Below are positions 57,400 to 64,000 of a stretch of 64,000 nucleotides of DNA, piece after piece; within the stretch, counting starts at the first letter, position 1, and every line of letters starts with the position of its first letter. Origin of the DNA: the human T2T-CHM13v2.0 reference genome, Homo sapiens; assembly GCF_009914755.1 (NCBI RefSeq), contig NC_060935.1. The stretch is one strand, 5' to 3'. The notes beneath the pieces were generated by a model. The model worked only from the letters and a program-made list of their open reading frames with translations, did not search any database and had not been told where the DNA came from. A program made the translations under genes and the position numbers.

Positions 57400-60392
57400 C
57401 TTGGTCTTACTTTATTCTTCTCAGCTAATATCCAAGTTTTTGCTACTTTTCCCTGTACCACTCTTCCTTCTTTTATTCAAGAAAACAACTTCCACTTCAT
57501 CAAGAAAATTGGGGTGATCAGATTTAAATGACTTTTACTCATGCCCTTACATCTAAAAATGTTTCCATCTATGCCCACATCTATGCCTATTTCTCTTAAT
57601 CTGAGAAATACTTGATTGCATAGCCTCTTGTCTATGAACCATGCTTCTTGGAGTATCTCTTCTGTTTCACCTGTAACTTCAATCTCTTCCCCTCTTTTGT
57701 CTCAAGCTGTAAACAGGCCCTGATCCTTAAAACAAAAACGAATTACAATCTTGATCACGTTTCTCTTATCTTTCTCATTTACGCTTGGACTACTTTTGTA
57801 CCATCTTTATTGAAATAACTTACATATTATACAACTCACCCATTTAAAGTTTATAATTCAATTTTTTTAGCATATTCACAATGTTGTGCAACCATCACCA
57901 CAATCTAATTTTACAGTTTTATCACCCCTAAAAGAAAACCCACACCCATTAGCATCAGACAACTTCTTGGGGAAAAAAAGTTTATAATTTCTATTTTATT
58001 TTCATTAAATTTACTATTTATTCACTGAAATCTAGTTTCTTCCCCTATCACTTCATTGCAATAGATCTTTCAAAATCATTAATGGCCTCTATATTAACCT
58101 GTCCAGTGTTTAATCTTGATTTTGCTACTCTATTACAACTCTTACATTGCTCATGTATTTCTTTTGAAAATTTCTACACCTGTTATTTCCCAAATACCAT
58201 TCTGTTCTGGTTTTCTTTCTGCATCTCTGAACACTCGTTCTCAATCTTCAAGGAGTTTTCTCACAAACACTTAACCATTGGAAACACTATGTTCCCCAAA
58301 GTTCCAATAATAACCTTGGTGCTTTTTTTCACTCTGTTGCTTTTTTAAAAAATAGCTATATTGAAGTATAAGTAATATAGAGAAACTGCATATATTTAAT
58401 GTATACAATTTGATGAGTTTGTACAAAGTCATATACCCATACCATACACACATGAACAAGGTGAGAGAAGGAGAGAGAGAAAGAGAGAGAGAAACCTCAT
58501 CACTCTAAGCTTGAGAGTCAGATATTTGCAAGTGTCCATAAGACATATCCACATTGATTTCCAAAAGGCACCTCAAAGGTATCTTTTAACTCATGTCAAA
58601 AACTTAACTCATTTTCTTTATCAAATCCTGCTTCTTGAACTGAATTCCTATTTCAAAGACTGTCACTAGCACTACCTAGTCAACAAAATCAGAAATCTGA
58701 TAATCAAATGAGGCTCATCCTTCATACCAGAAAGTCCAATAAAAAGTCCTCACCTAATCAGCACGTTGTCAGTTACTTTCTGCCACAATACTACATTACA
58801 CATAATCTTCACTAAATTCTACAAGGACTGTATGATTCTTTTTCTGGATCATAATTTAGAAATACTGTTTACAAAGAAGAGTTAAGTTTACTTCTTCCTA
58901 AAACTTTTTATTGCCTATTTAAAAATTTTATTACTATTCTGCTCATTCAAAATATTGTGATATATTCATAAACTGACCATCCTTCAAGATGTATTTCAGA
59001 TATTACCTCTTTCATGGCGTGGGTTCAATTGCTTCCAACCTGACAGTATTTTCTTCTCTGAAAACACATGCACACAAACATATGATCTACTTTTATTCTG
59101 TCCTACTTCTTTGCTCCTTGATTATACTGTTTTCTTGTAAGGACAGGGTTTATAACATACTTATATCTCCTACATGGCCTAGCACAGTGACTTGAGCATG
59201 GGAAAAATGCAATTAATATACATTTGATTTCCCATGAAATAAATTGGAAGTGCTAAATAAGTCCAAACATTCAACTATCCAGGATCCCTCACAGATATCC
59301 ATATATAATCCCTGCAGAGAAATGCTGACTTATCAATATTTTAGGTTTCCAATATTTAAAACAATTCTATATTTATGATTAAATGTGGGAATTAAAAATG
59401 ATAAAAACTTTATATCTGTCCATCTGAAGGGTGTCTGTATTATCCAAGAAAATGTGTAAAATACATAACTTTTCTATCTACTCCCTGCCTGCAGTTAATC
59501 ATTTCTATGTAAATTACATAATAGGGTTGGATTAGAAAATATAACAAAAAATATACATTTCTATAGTTTATAAGTTACATTTATAAAATTCTACTTTTAT
59601 CTTTAAAACAGCCCTTTGAAATAACTATTGTTATTATTATTCCCATGTTAGAGATCATCTAAAAGATTTTATCTGGTTTCATGCCTTTATATACTATGTA
59701 CAGAGTACTGATCCCCAAAATTTTATCTTCAAATGTGATATCTCCCCTGAGCTCAAATCCAATATCCAATTGTATTCTTCATCCCTCTGCATTTATGTCA
59801 AGTAGGCAGCTCAAACTTAATTCATCCAAAACACTTCCATAAAACTTGCTTTTTTATTCCCCTCTTCTACTCACCAGCAAATATTATCACCATTTATTCA
59901 GTGACTCAAGCCAAAACCTTAAGAGCCATTCTTATTTACTCACTACCTTTCATCCCTCATATTGAACCTATCAGCAAACCTGACAAATGGTTTCCAAAAT
60001 ATATGCTATATCCAATTTTCTTTGACCTATGCTGCTATTATCCTAGACCAAGACACAATCGTTCTTTACCTTGACTACTGCAGTACTTCCTAACATATCT
60101 TCCTATTTCTATCTTGCTTCCCTATAATCCACTATCCGTGGAGGATCCTGAGTAGTCTTTTCAATATGTAAATAAGATTGTGTCATTCCCTTGCTTGAAA
60201 ACTTTTCACAGCTTCCCATCACTATTAAAGTAAAATGCAAAACCTTTACTAATTCTACATTCCCAACTTGTGCTAGTCTCTATCCACCTTTCCAGCCTCA
60301 CTTAAAATCCCCTGGCCTCTCAATTACATTGATATAGTACAATGATTTTGAACTGTGGATCAGAATCACCTGGATAACTTTAAAGACACACT

Positions 60393-63965
<3,573 letters not shown>

Positions 63966-63979
63966 CCCACTACATCTAT

Positions 63980-64000
63980 ACACACACACACACACACACA
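63980..64000. repeat. (CA)n microsatellite, truncated by window end
   Basis: CA run to end of window. Confidence 0.9.

Overview
Human (primate) genomic DNA from the class II olfactory receptor cluster on 11p15.4, with three intact single-exon OR coding regions on the + strand: OR10A5 (22094-23047), OR10A2 (46121-47074) and OR10A4 (53027-53974). The OR10A5 and OR10A2 units are an ancient tandem duplication (about 0.7-23.8 kb vs 32.4-48.1 kb), and each copy has since gained different transposons. Two non-coding modules stay similar in both copies. Module A (about 730-1200 / 32470-32950) has a 53-bp identical core with the ACTTTTTAATGAG homeodomain motif of the mouse H/P elements and P3 promoter, arranged as a dyad next to O/E(EBF)-like sites; it is a candidate human OR-choice enhancer pair. 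Module B (about 9700-10340 / 39370-39970) looks like a promoter plus 5' non-coding exon. Also present: an antisense processed PHAX pseudogene with TSDs 1 kb upstream of OR10A5, an ERVL pol remnant, MaLR/ERV1 elements, L1s, about 20 Alus, and a perfect 44-bp inverted repeat in an old MST element. All alignments were read by eye and repeat subfamily names are from recall.
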